This document shows, piece after piece, positions 23,381-34,900 of a DNA stretch of 52,146 bases. Position 1 is the stretch's first letter. Every line of letters starts with the position of its first letter. The stretch is taken from NCBI RefSeq assembly GCF_004010195.1, contig NC_057753.1, positions 10,816,858 through 10,869,003 on the forward strand, written 5' to 3'. The stretch comes from Chiloscyllium plagiosum. Taxonomy: Eukaryota. The notes below the pieces were generated by a model. The model did not search any database. It had not been told where the DNA came from and was given only the letters and a program-made list of their open reading frames with translations. Position numbers and translations under genes: made by a program.

Positions 23381-23799
23381 ATATAATTTCAGCTTTTCTC
23401 AGTTTTAAAGATCAGCCATTTCTTGTGCACCTGCATCTCCCAGGCAGAGTCAACACCATTCTCTTTTGCTCTTCTGAGAAGGGCTTGAGGCGTGAGAAAT
23501 CTTGGGGGTGAGGGAAGAGAGAATGGACAGGGCATCGAAAGACTATGGGGACAGAGGGTGGGGGAGAGAAGGGAAAGTGGGGGGAATAAAGGGTGGGAGA
23601 ATGTGGGGAGAGAGAATGGACGGGGCAGAAGGTTGGGGGGGGGAGAGATAATGGACTGGGGGCAGCAGTGGGTGAGGGTAGAGATAGTACAATTCTCACT
23701 TTCCCCAGGATGGGTGTCAGACCCACGAACTGGAACCCACCCTCCCACAGCCGTCATTTCTCAATATGCATGTGGCTAAGGCAGTCAAATCATATAATC

Positions 23800-24080
23800 C
23801 CTGCAGGCCATTCAGCCTATCGAATTCACACTGACCTTCCAAACAGCATTCCACCCAAACCCACCCACTTACCCTGCAGTTCGCCATGGCTAACCCACTC
23901 TAACCTGCACATCCCTGGACAGTTTAGTATGGTCGATCAATCCTAAACTGCAGATCTTTGGATTGTGGGAGGAAACCGGAGCACCCAGAGGTAACCCATG
24001 CAGACACAAGGAGGAGTAGGTGCCAAAGACGTCGTCCAAGGGTGTAATCGAATCTGGGTGCTGTGAGGCAGTTCCTCCCT
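23800..24080 (-). mobile_element. HE1-like SINE
   Basis: GTGGGAGGAAACCGGAGCACCCAGAGG core in reverse orientation. Confidence 0.85.
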
Positions 24081-24379
24081 GCTGCAGCCCTCTCTCAGAT
24101 CCTGTTTACCTGCCTGACCACACTCACATCCTCCTGATCCTGTCCACTGACCCAATCAGAAGGGTCGGTCTAGAGGGGAATACCATCTCCCGGAATAAAG
24201 TGTCTGGTTAACTTTCTCCCTTTCCCCCCAACATGTCTGCAGCTTGGCTTCCAGCTCCATTTCTCTGAATGAAGGTCCTCCAGCACGTGTCCACAGCTTC
24301 CCACCTTCTGCATTTTGAAAGACAAGTCATTTCCTGCCCTCTCCAATGTGTGTCGTGTAACTGCTTATTCATTTCTTAT

Positions 24380-25230
24380 GGCCAAGCAGAGGCTGATAGG
24401 TTCTGAACTTGGCTATGAGGATGGCCTCAACCGGGACCTTGGGTTCAAGTCACACGACATGTAACCCCACTACACTGTACACTCCCTCTCACACGTACAT
24501 TCTTACATACTCTCACACTCACTTAGACCCTCTGCTATCCACACATGCTCTCTCAGACACATGCACACAAAACCCCCACACTCACACCCTCTCACAGGCT
24601 TATACTCCATCAAGCACACACTTTACTAAGCGTGCACATTTGGAAACACACATTCACGCACACACACACACACAAGTCTATTGAGTGAATTTGCATTTGG
24701 AGATATTTTACTCAAAAAGCGCACAATCTGCAGGCAGTCATAAAGATGCTTAGCATGGAAACAGACCCTTCGGTGCAACTCGTCCATGCCAAATCCATTT
24801 AAAATTTTATAAATTCCTACTGTGGAAATAGAACCAGTCTGACTCAAGATTAGCATACAGACCGACTCTAACCTCACATCTTTCATGCATTGCCTGAGCT
24901 GAGAAGCTGTTTTCTTTTTAAATAAAATGTTAAATTATCTCGAGAATATGACCTGAAAGTAGTTCTGGGATGTACATATTAATGAACCGAAAATGTGCAA
25001 CCCATTCTAAAAGATAAAAGACCTAACAGCAATCTAGGTTTGTTCAACATATCATTTCTGTTAGATGACACTGTGATCTTTTGCTACAAATTCTGTCTTA
25101 TAATCCTGCTCTACAGCTACCCGATGAAGGAGCAGCTCTCCGAAAGCTAGTGGTTCCAAATAAACCTTTGGGACTATAACCGAGTATTGTGTGATTTTTA
25201 ACTTTGTCCACCCCAGTCCAACACTGGCTC
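24380..25230 (+). mobile_element. Penelope-like element 3' end (GIY-YIG C-terminus, CA-rich spacer, pLTR)
   Basis: YEDGLNRDLGF motif; tail with hammerhead motif (25118-25152) and AATAAA; inverted relative of 48950-49625. Confidence 0.8.
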
Positions 25231-26054
25231 CTTGACATCGATCCTAATGAATACAGCCCACATCTCCCGCTGCTGCCAGTGAACTTTATAATGCCGATGA
25301 AATTATGTAGTACTTGCACTCCTGAAAAAGTTACAATTCCTAAAGATACTAACTACTCGTTCACTGCTTCTTCTGACGGATGATATTAGAAACTTCGTGC
25401 TGGAGGCTGAAAGAAACGAGCAGCTTTAAAACAGCTATGAGATCTGTGGGATCTCATAGATTTTAATGAGAGTCTGAGCCCAGGGGTAAGTTCGGGTAAC
25501 CTATATTGTGACGCAACTTTGTTACAGCTTCAGTCACCCCAGCAACAAGGCATACAAAAAAGTAGCTTTTTTTTTTAAAGAAACAGCTCAAGCTCAAAGC
25601 GCACACACTCACCCTGCCCCACTTGCTTTACTATTGGTCAGCTGAGTTGTCCCTTCTATTCATTCAGGAGGCAGGATTCCTTGCCTCCGATCTGCTCTTA
25701 TTGCTACAGTGTATTGGGTCAGTTTTTGGTCAATGGTAAACCCAAAGATGTTCAAAAGTGTGTGGCCAAAAACTTGGTCAAAGTGCAGAGTAGTTTGAAC
25801 ACAGGAGGGACGTAAATGTGGAGAACTTTCAGTGGGGGAGTCATGGTGTTAATGGTGGGGGAGAGGAGAGGGGAATCCATAGATTGATGAGTGAAGGAAA
25901 TCAGAAATGATCAAGGGGTTGTGAGGCAGACTGCGCTCACAGAGTTAGAGAGGATGGCCATATTTAAACTAAGTATAAATTTTATAATTGAGGCTTGCCA
26001 GATCAGGAGCTAAAGTACATCAGCAGGCATAGGAGTGAGGAGTGGAGTGTACTT

Positions 26055-27100
26055 AGAGTCTTACAGCACAGCACGGAAACAGACCTTTCGGTCCAACTCA
26101 TCCATGCCAATCAGAATATCCTGAAATAATCTTGTCCCATTTGCCAGCATCTGGCCCATATCACTCCAAACCCTTCATGTATCCATCCAGATGCCTTTTA
26201 AATGTAATTGTACCAGCTTCCGCCACTTATGACTCTAAGTCTTTAAAAATAGCACATTGCCTTAACTGAACACTGAAACCCAACGTTACTGACAGTTTCT
26301 TTGTGTGTGAATCGAGGGTCTTATCTGTCCTGTTATAGCATTATAGGCATGTACAGCACCGAAAACAGACCCTTTGGTCCAACTTGTCTATGCTGACCAG
26401 ATATCCTAAATTAATCTCATTCCATTTGCACGGGCTGTACAGTGGCTCAGTGGTTAGCACTGCTGCCTCACAGCACCAGGGACCTGCTTTCAATTCCCAT
26501 CTCGGGCAACTGTCCGTGTGGAGTTTGCATGTTCTCCCAGTGTCTGCGTGGGTTTCCTCCAGATGCTCTGATTTCCTCTCACCGTCCAAAGATGTGCAGG
26601 TCAGGTGAATTGGCTATGCTAAATTGCTCATAGTGTTAAGTGCATTAGTTTGTGGTAAATGTAGAGAAATGGGTCTGGGTGGGTTGCTCTTCATAGGGTC
26701 GGTGTGGACTTGTTGAGCCAAAGGGCCTGTTTCCACACTGTAGAGAATCTAATCTAATTTGGCTCATATACCCAGCTAGATGCCTTTTAAAAGCTGTAAT
26801 TGTACCATCCTCCACCACTTCCTCTAGCTCATTCCATACACACACCAACCTCTGTTTGAAAAAGCTGTCCCTTTTAAACTTTTCCCCCCTTACCTTAAAT
26901 CTATGCCTACTAGTTCTGGACTCCCCTACCCTGGGGAAAAAAACTTTTCTATTTACCCTATCCATGCTCCTCATGATTTTATAAACCCCCATAAGGTCAC
27001 CCCTCAGCCTCTGAAACTCCAGGGAAAATAGTTCCTAAAAGCTCCAACCCTGGAAAAATCCTTGGTAAACCTTTTCTGAACCCTTTCAAGTTTCACAACT
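26055..27100. mobile_element. HER1/CR1 3' fragments (minus) with an inserted full-length HE1 SINE (plus, ~26432-26760)
   Basis: VYKIMRSMDRVN..SFFKQRLVCVWNEL on minus; HE1 A/B boxes and AATCT tail on plus. Confidence 0.85.
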
Positions 27101-27554
27101 TGTTACAAACACGTCAACTTTGTTTGTCTGACATGAGAGAATTTTCTGCACGACCTGTTCTGCCTGAAAGAGCCCTTCCCTTTGCTGCGATAGAACCAAT
27201 GACTTTCAAAATCCTGACAAACTCAGTTATCAGTCAAAGATTCATTTGGAGAAGCCTCGCAGTTAAATCTGTAAATGTGTAAGTGTGTTTAGTAATGAGT
27301 CACGAGTAAAGGCTGCATTAATCCTTTATTGTGAAGTTTTGCTCATACATCTTAAAACAGATCTTACGAACCTAGTCAGAATCAGCCTATGGGAATATAA
27401 GATGCCACTGGGTTATTTCCCAACCAGGACTGACTTTGTGCAGAAAATAGACATTTTAAATGAATGGGGTGCCGTTTGTTTTAAAAACCAGTGAACTTAA
27501 GAGGCACTGTATTGACACACAGAAACAGCTGAAATCATCACTGCAAATTGGAAT

Positions 27555-30155
27555 TAAGGCTGGATAGGCTGGGATGTTTTTCCTCTGGAATAGAGGACGC
27601 TCAGAGGTGAAATTTATAAAACCATGAGGGGTATAGATAGGGTCAATGGTAGTTGTCTCTTTCTAGCATAGGCGATTTGGTACTTGGTAATGAACCGGGA
27701 CAAATGATGGGCTTGTTAGTGGGTGAGCATTTTGGTGATGGTGACCACAATTCTGTGACTTTCACCTTGGTTATGGAGAGAGATAGGTGCGTGCAACAGG
27801 GCAGGTTTTACAATTGGGGGAAGGGTAGATACGATGCTACAAGACAGGATCTGAGGAGCATAAATTGGGAGCACAGGCTGTCAGGGAAGGATGTCGTTGA
27901 AATGTGGAACTTTTTCAAGGAACAGATACGATATGTCCTTGATATGTACGTACCTGTCAGGCAGGAAAGAGATGGTCGTGTGAGGAAACCTTGGTTGACG
28001 AGGGAGGTTGAATGTCTTGTAAAGAGGAAGGAGGCGGCTTACATAAGGTTGAGGAAACANNNNNNNNNNNNNNNNNNNNNNNNNNNNNNNNNNNNNNNNN
28101 NNNNNNNNNNNNNNNNNNNNNNNNNNNNNNNNNNNNNNNNNNNNNNNNNNNNNNNNNNNNNNNNNNNNNNNNNNNNNNNNNNNNNNNNNNNNNNNNNNNN
28201 NNNNNNNNNNNNNNNNNNNNNNNNNNNNNNNNNNNNNNNNNNNNNNNNNNNNNNNNNNNNNNNNNNNNNNNNNNNNNNNNNNNNNNNNNNNNNNNNNNNN
28301 NNNNNNNNNNNNNNNNNNNNNNNNNNNNNNNNNNNNNNNNNNNNNNNNNNNNNNNNNNNNNNNNNNNNNNNNNNNNNNNNNNNNNNNNNNNNNNNNNNNN
28401 NNNNNNNNNNNNNNNNNNNNNNNNNNNNNNNNNNNNNNNNNNNNNNNNNNNNNNNNNNNNNNNNNNNNNNNNNNNNNNNNNNNNNNNNNNNNNNNNNNNN
28501 NNNNNNNNNNNNNNNNNNNNNNNNNNNNNNNNNNNNNNNNNNNNNNNNNNNNNNNNNNNNNNNNNNNNNNNNNNNNNNNNNNNNNNNNNNNNNNNNNNNN
28601 NNNNNNNNNNNNNGGGTAGGTCTTGTCTTACAAGTCTTATTGAATTCTTTGAGGTGACCAAGCATGTGGATGAGGGTAGAGCAGTGGATGTAGTATACAT
28701 GGATTTTAGTAAGGCGTTTGATAAGGTTCCCCATGGTAGGCTTATGCGGAAAGTCAGGAGGCATGGGATAGTGGGAAGTTTGGCCAGTTGGATAGAGAAC
28801 TGGCTAACCGGTCAAAGTCAGAGAGTGGTGGGAGATGGTAAATATTCAGCCTGGAGCCCAGTTACAAGTGGAGTTCTGCAGGGATCAGTTCTGGGTCCTC
28901 TGCTGTTTGTAATTTTTATTAATGACTTGGAAGAGGGAGTCAAAGGGTGGGTCAGTAAATTTGCAGACGAAGATTGGTGGAGTTGTGGATAGTAAGGAGG
29001 GCTGTTATCAGCTGCAAAGGGACTTAGATATGATGCAGAGCTGGGCTGAGGAGTGTCAGATGGAGTTCAACCCTGTCAAGTGTGAGGTTGTCCATTTTGG
29101 AAGGACAAATAAGAATGCGGAATACAGGGTTAACGGTAGGGTTCTTAGTAAGGTGAGGAGCAGAGGGATCTTGGGGTCTATGTTCATAGATCTTTGAAAG
29201 TTGCCACTCTGGTGAATAGAGCTTGTAAGAAGGCCTATGGTGTATTAGCGTTCATTAGCAGAGGGATTGAATTCAAGAGTCGTGAAGTGATGTTGCAGCT
29301 GTATAGGACCTTGGTAAGGACACATTTGGAGTACTGTGTGCAGTCCTGGTCGACCTTATTTTAGGTAAGTTGTGAAAGCTTTGGAGAGGGTGCAGAGGAA
29401 ATTTACCAGGATATTGCCTGGAATGGAGAATAGGTCGTACGAGGATAGGTTGAGAATGCTAGGCCTTTTCTTAGTGGAACGGCGAAGGATGAGGGGTGAC
29501 TTGATAAGAGGTTTATAAGGTGATCAGGGGAATAGATAGAGTATACAGTCAGAGACTTTTTCCCCGGGTACAACAGAGTGTTACAAGGGGACATAAATTT
29601 AAGGTGAAGGGTGGAAGGTATACGGGGGATGTCAGGGGTAGGTTCTTTACCCAGAGAGTGGTGGGGGCATGGAATGCGCTGCCTGTGGGAGTAGCAGAGT
29701 CAGCATCATTGGTGACCTTTAAGCAGCAATTGGATAGGTGCTTAAGCTAGGACAAATGTTCGGCACAACATCGTGGGCCGGAGGGCCTGTTCTGTGCTGT
29801 ATTGTTCCATGTTCTATGAGACCAGTTAGCAAGGTTAGCATTCCTTGAGATCTATGGAGAGAGGGAGTCTACAACTAGAGGGAATATGTTTAAAGTAGGT
29901 GGGGAAAGATTTAAAAGGGACCTTTTTCACACAGAGAATGATGTGTGTATGGAATGAGCTGCCAGAGGAAGCAGTGCAGACTGGTACAATGACAACATGT
30001 AAACGACATCTGGACGGTGTACAAATAGGAAGAGTTTAGAGGGATATGGGCAAAGTGCTGGCAAATGGCACTAGATTAAGTTAGGAAAACTAGTCGGCAT
30101 GGACTAGTTGGACCGAAGTTTCTGTTTCCATGCTGTGCATCTCTATGACTATGAC
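27555..30155 (+). mobile_element. CR1-clade LINE ORF2 (EN end, RT, 3' end; 27665-29820, gap 28060-28613) nested in another CR1 3' fragment
   Basis: GEHFGDGDHNSVTF, YMDFSKAFDKVPH, GVLQGSVLGPLLFVIFINDL, SKFAD, FFTQRVVGAWNALP, TTCTATG tail. Confidence 0.93.
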
Positions 30156-30479
30156 TATCAGATGCCACCTGTGGCAGGCAGGTGGCACTAGTGTAGTTGG
30201 GGATCATAGACTGGTTGGACTGAAGGGTCTGGTTCCGGGCTGTATAACTCCGTAGCATCGAATGAATGGGGATCCATCCCAAAGAGATGATAAAGGTTTC
30301 AAGCACCACCTTAGACATGTGTGGGTGGACCCCCTCCAGATAATTGAGGGCAGTGGGATACTGTGAGGTTCAGTAGATCAGACAGTCAGCAAGTTCTCTC
30401 CAGGAGAGTTGACTCGAGAAAGGAAGAGGCTTCCAGTCCAAACATCAAGACTGACATCTCTGAATTTTGGCTAACTCTA

Positions 30480-30930
30480 TGACTCAAGAGTGAGTTATAA
30501 GGAGAGGCTAAACAAACTCAGATACATTTCTTCAGAGCATAGGAGACTGGGGGGGGGGGGGGGGGGGGGGGGGGCATATGGGAGTTTATAAGATCATGAT
30601 AGTCATGGATTGGGTGAATGCACTCAGTCTTTTTCTCCGGTTGGGGAATCGAGGATTAGAGGGCATCAGTTTAAGGTTAAAGGGGAAAGATTAAAAGGGA
30701 ACCTGAGGGATAACTTCTTTTGCACAGAGGCTGGTATGCATATGGAATGAGCTGCCAGTGGAAGTGGTTGAGGCGAGTACATGAACAACATTTAAAAGGC
30801 ATTTGGACAAATACATGGATAGGAAAGGTTTAGAAGGATATGGGTCAAGTGCAGGGAAACAGGGTTAGTTTTGATCGGCCTGGATTAGTTTGGGCCAAAG
30901 GGCCTGTCTCCACGCTGTAGGACTCTATGG
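30480..30930 (+). mobile_element. CR1 3' end with internal poly-G run
   Basis: SYKERLNKL.., RGHQFKV, NFF..WNELP.EVVEA; G-run ~30548-30575. Confidence 0.85.
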
Positions 30931-31029
30931 CTCACGTCTTTTTGTCACTCTGACAGTTTTGGGTTTCCTTAAGAGCATCTCACTAAATCACGCTGTATAA
31001 AACCAATCTCATTTGTCAACTCTGATACA

Positions 31030-31185
31030 GGTTAGAGTCCAACAGGTTTACTTGAACTCACGAGCTTTCAGAGCACTGCTCCTTTGTCAGGTGAAGTGAT
31101 GAAGGAGCAATGCTCCTAAAGCTTGGAATTTCAAATAAACCTGTTGGACTGTAACCTGATGTTGTGTGACTTCTGATGTCTTCAA
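31030..31185. repeat. Inverted pair of Penelope pLTR hammerhead-region fragments
   Basis: AGTCCAACAGGTTTA...TCAGGTG followed by TGATGAAGGAGC...TAAACCTGTTGGACT. Confidence 0.75.
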
Positions 31186-31349
31186 CTTTGGGTTTGTGTT
31201 AAACTTGATGGGATAGAATGTCCAACATAGCAAATTTAAACAGTATCGCTCAGAGGGATTAATTTGAAACCTTTCAGGAAGTGAGCTCAAGAAGGTTGAA
31301 CTATTTAAAGTTACTTGGACTCAATTTTAAAAATACATCAGGATCGGTA

Positions 31350-31820
31350 ATCAGAGATGTACAGCACGGAAACAGACCCTTCGGTCCAACTCATCCATGC
31401 TGACCATCCTAAATTAATCTAGACCCATTTGCCAGCACTTGGCCGAGATCCCTCTGAACCCTTCCCATTCCTGTCCCCATCCAGATGTCTTTTAAATGTT
31501 ATAATTGTACCAGCCTCCACCACTTCCTCTGGCAGCTCATTCCATACATGCACCACCCTTTGTGAACAAGTTGCCTCTTAGGTCCCTTTTAAATCCTTCC
31601 CCTTTCACCCTAAACCTATGCCCTCTTGTTCTGGACTCATCCACCTCCAGGGCAAAGACCCTGTTTATATACCCTATACATGTCTCTCATGATTTTATAA
31701 ACCTCTATAAAGGTCACCCCTCCGCCTCCAATGATCCAGGGAAAACTGTCCCAGACTATTCAGTCTCACCTTGCAGTTCAAATCCTCCAACCCCCAGCAA
31801 CATCCTGGTAAATCGTTTCT
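31350..31820 (-). mobile_element. HER1/CR1 3' end
   Basis: ACAGCACGGAAACAGACCCTTCGGTCCAAC tail and reverse ORF2 C-terminus. Confidence 0.9.
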
Positions 31821-32028
31821 GATGGAGAAGTCAACGTTTCAGGCAATTCCCAAACCACTGACTTCTCCCCCACTTGGTGCTGCCTGGCTTGCTGTGTTCT
31901 CCCAGCATCCGCAGTTTTTTTTTGTTGCTAACGAATGGCAGAGCAGACTTCATGGGCCGAACGGCCTAACTTCTGCTCTGATAGTCTTGCGGTCTTAGGT
32001 TTATGTGGATTGTTTCAGTGGGAACATG

Positions 32029-32318
32029 ATTAGATTAGATTAGATTAGATTACTTACAGTGTGGAAACAGGCCCTTCGGCCCAACAAGTCCACACCGACC
32101 CGCTGAAGCGCAACCCACCCAGACCCATTCCCCTACACCTAACACTACGGGCAATTTAGCATGGCTAATTCACCTAACCTGCACATTTTTGGACTGTGGG
32201 AGGAAACTGGAGCACCCGGAGGAAACTCTCACAGGCGTGGATGAAGAACATGCAAACTCCACACAGACAGTTGCTGAGGGTGGAATCGAACCCAGGTCCT
32301 GGTGGCCACTGAGCTGAG
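32029..32318 (-). mobile_element. HE1 SINE with (TTAGA)n tail, downstream of ZNF stop
   Basis: (TTAGA) repeats followed by the reverse complement of the HE1 body seen at 20378-20664. Confidence 0.92.
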
Positions 32319-32409
32319 GTTGGGGTTTGCAGTGGGGGAATTTCCAGCAGAAAACAAAAAGAGCCCACCAACTCTCCCACCGTGCACACTGTCAGAACAG
32401 GCAGGAGGT

Positions 32410-33267
32410 TCAGTCCTGGGGGTGACCCACAGCAGTGTCACCGGGGGAATCAGATTGTTGAGAATGCTGGTGCCTGCGCTGGTGCTTCCGCAAGTTGCTG
32501 GACAATGTGAACCTCCGCATGCACTCGGGGCAGGCAAATGGCCTCTCCCCAGTGTGGACTCGCAGGTGGGCCAGAAGGTCAGAGGACTGGGTAAAGCCCT
32601 TCTCACACTCGGGGCAGCTGAAGGGCCTCTCCCCAGTGTGGACCCGCCGGTGCTTCAGCAGGTCAGAGGAGCACGTAAAGCCCTTCCCACACTCAGGGCA
32701 TCTGAAGGGTCTCTCGCCGGTGTGGACCCGCCGGTGGGTCAGCAGGTTGGAGGAATTACTGAAAGTCTTCCCGCACTCGGGGCAGTGGAAGGGCTTCTCG
32801 CCACTATGCACCCGCTGGTGGGATACAAGGTGGGAGTAGCGAGTGAAACCCTTCCTACACTCGAGGCAGCTGAAGGGCCTCTCACCAGTGTGGACTCTCC
32901 GGTGGTTCAGCAGGGCAGAGGAATCGCTGAAGGCCTTTCCACACGTGGGGCAGCTGAAGGGCCTCTTGCCGGTGTGGACCCACTGGTGCCTCAGCAGGGA
33001 GTAGGATTTGCTGAAAGCCTTCCCGCACTCAGGGCAGCTGAAGGGCCTCTCACCCGTGTGGCCCCACCGGTGCATCAGCAAGGCAGAGAAATCGCTGAAG
33101 GCCTTCCCGCACTCGGGGCAGGAGAACGGCCTCTCCCCGGTGTGACTGCGCCGATGTGTCTCCAGGGCAGACGGGACACGGAAGCCTTTCCCGCAGTTGC
33201 CACACTTCCACGGTTTCTCCACTGGATGAGATTCCTCGGGTTTCTCCATGGCTGAAGCTTCAGCCAT
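32410..33267 (-). CDS. Tandem C2H2 (Kruppel-type) zinc-finger protein, 285 aa, 9 fingers, no recognisable effector domain
   Basis: Uninterrupted ORF; nine CX2CX12HX3H units with TGE(R/K)PF-type linkers; probable upstream acceptor TTTTTCCAG ending at 33592. Confidence 0.93.
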   Translation of the reverse strand: MAEASAMEKPEESHPVEKPWKCGNCGKGFRVPSALETHRRSHTGERPFSCPECGKAFSDFSALLMHRWGHTGERPFSCPECGKAFSKSYSLLRHQWVHTGKRPFSCPTCGKAFSDSSALLNHRRVHTGERPFSCLECRKGFTRYSHLVSHQRVHSGEKPFHCPECGKTFSNSSNLLTHRRVHTGERPFRCPECGKGFTCSSDLLKHRRVHTGERPFSCPECEKGFTQSSDLLAHLRVHTGERPFACPECMRRFTLSSNLRKHQRRHQHSQQSDSPGDTAVGHPQD

Positions 33268-34299
33268 ACACTAATGTATATACAGGCACTCCCCGCCGTG
33301 AATTCCTCTTTCCAGGCCGTGTAACTGTTTCAGACTCCACACTCAGTGCACTGCAACAGTCGGGTTTCTCATCCAGTCCCACTGATGCTGAAAACGTATT
33401 GAAATAGGAATCAGAAAGCTTTGCTGCTTTCATTGATGTGGAATTGAGGACTGCAGAGGATGGAGAGTCAGAATCGAAAACTGCAGCACTGGAAAAACAT
33501 AGGTCAGGCAGCATCCGAGGAGCAGGAGAGACGATGTTTTAGACCATCACCTGTTGACTTTGAAACTTCCGTCTTCAGATCTTCAAATACTCTGGAAAAA
33601 AGATTACAATAGTCATCACTGTTGGCCCAGGGTAGAAATTCAGAACAAGCAAATCTACTTTCTGCAGATCATTCTTTTCTTGTTATTCCATTAAACTGAA
33701 AGCACCATCCCACTCTCTCCCCTTCTGTTCTCACTCCACTCAAACTAATTCTCCTGAAGGTGCACAATATTCCTAAAGAGGCGTAAAACAATGTGCTGTA
33801 CAGCCACAACATAAACTTCAAAATCCTATACTTAATCAGAGGATTGGGAAAATTTTCGAAACCCACAACAGACAAGCGGGAAAGAATGGAGGGACAAACC
33901 GAACATTCGAGGGTCAGCTTGGAAGTATCAACTTTGGGGCGGGAGTGGGATGGGGGATGGAAGCCAAATGTGCTGGAGCCAAGGCTGAGGAAGAACAGAG
34001 GATGCAAAACCGTTGCAGCCGCTTTCAAACTCCAATGAAGAATATTAATGGGCTGTACTTGTACCTGTTGCATTTATTTGTGGGAATCAGGTGCATTTAA
34101 AAAATAAAAACAGAATCCCCACCCCCCCCTTCCCAATCTCTATCCTTCTGTTCCTCCACACCCGGGTAATTAAGACACATACCTGAGTTTTTCGAGTCTG
34201 CTCCCTCCCTGGATTCACTCCAGTTGCTACAAGTGAACAGATCTCTCCTCTCTCTCTCCCTCCCAAGATGAGGAGTTGCCCAGAAGGAGGGTATTTCAC

Positions 34300-34900
34300 T
34301 CGGAATAATGCACCTAACCTGCACAGCCCTGGGCACTATGGGTAATTTAGCATGACCAATCCACCCTAACCTGCACAACCCTGGGCACTATGGGTAATTT
34401 AGCATGGCCAATCCACCCTCATCTGGGCAAAGTTAAAAAAAAATCACAACATCAGTTCATAGTCCATCAAATTTATTTGGAAGCACTAGCTTTTGGAGCG
34501 CTGCTCCTTCATCAGGTGGTTGTGGATTATAAGATCATAAGACAGCATTTATAGCAAAGCATTACAGTATCATGCCACTGAAATGGTACATTGAACAACC
34601 TAGAATTGTAAAGTCTTTGATCTTTTAGACTGGGTTGCAGGTATCATTAAATAGATAAACCCCAGAACTTCATACAAGTCTCCTTTCTGAGATAATAAGA
34701 TTTTATAACAAAAGGTAACTTGTCAGTTCAGACAATGCATTAAAGGTGTGAGTTCAAAGTTGGTCTATATCCCAATTTAGAGGCAGACTGGTTCTATTTC
34801 TGAAGTGGAATTTACAAAATATTACATGCATTGACTGCCTGAAGATTGTGCATTTTTAGAGCAAAATAGAATGTATTTGCAAATGTGTGTGTGTGTGCGC
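34300..34900 (-). mobile_element. HE1 fragment (34300-34425) and Penelope pLTR (34425-34900)
   Basis: Duplicated GGGCACTATGGGTAATTTAGCATG HE1 unit; pLTR matches the reverse of 24700-25210, including the hammerhead at 34484-34518. Confidence 0.8.

Noticed and set aside
30548..30575. Long poly-G run (also poly-C near 18407-18420)
   Set aside because: It lies in a decayed repeat and is likely slippage or a sequencing artefact.
32302..33255. 317-aa plus-strand ORF
   Set aside because: It is the antisense shadow of the C2H2 array, a well-known artefact of ZNF codon patterns.
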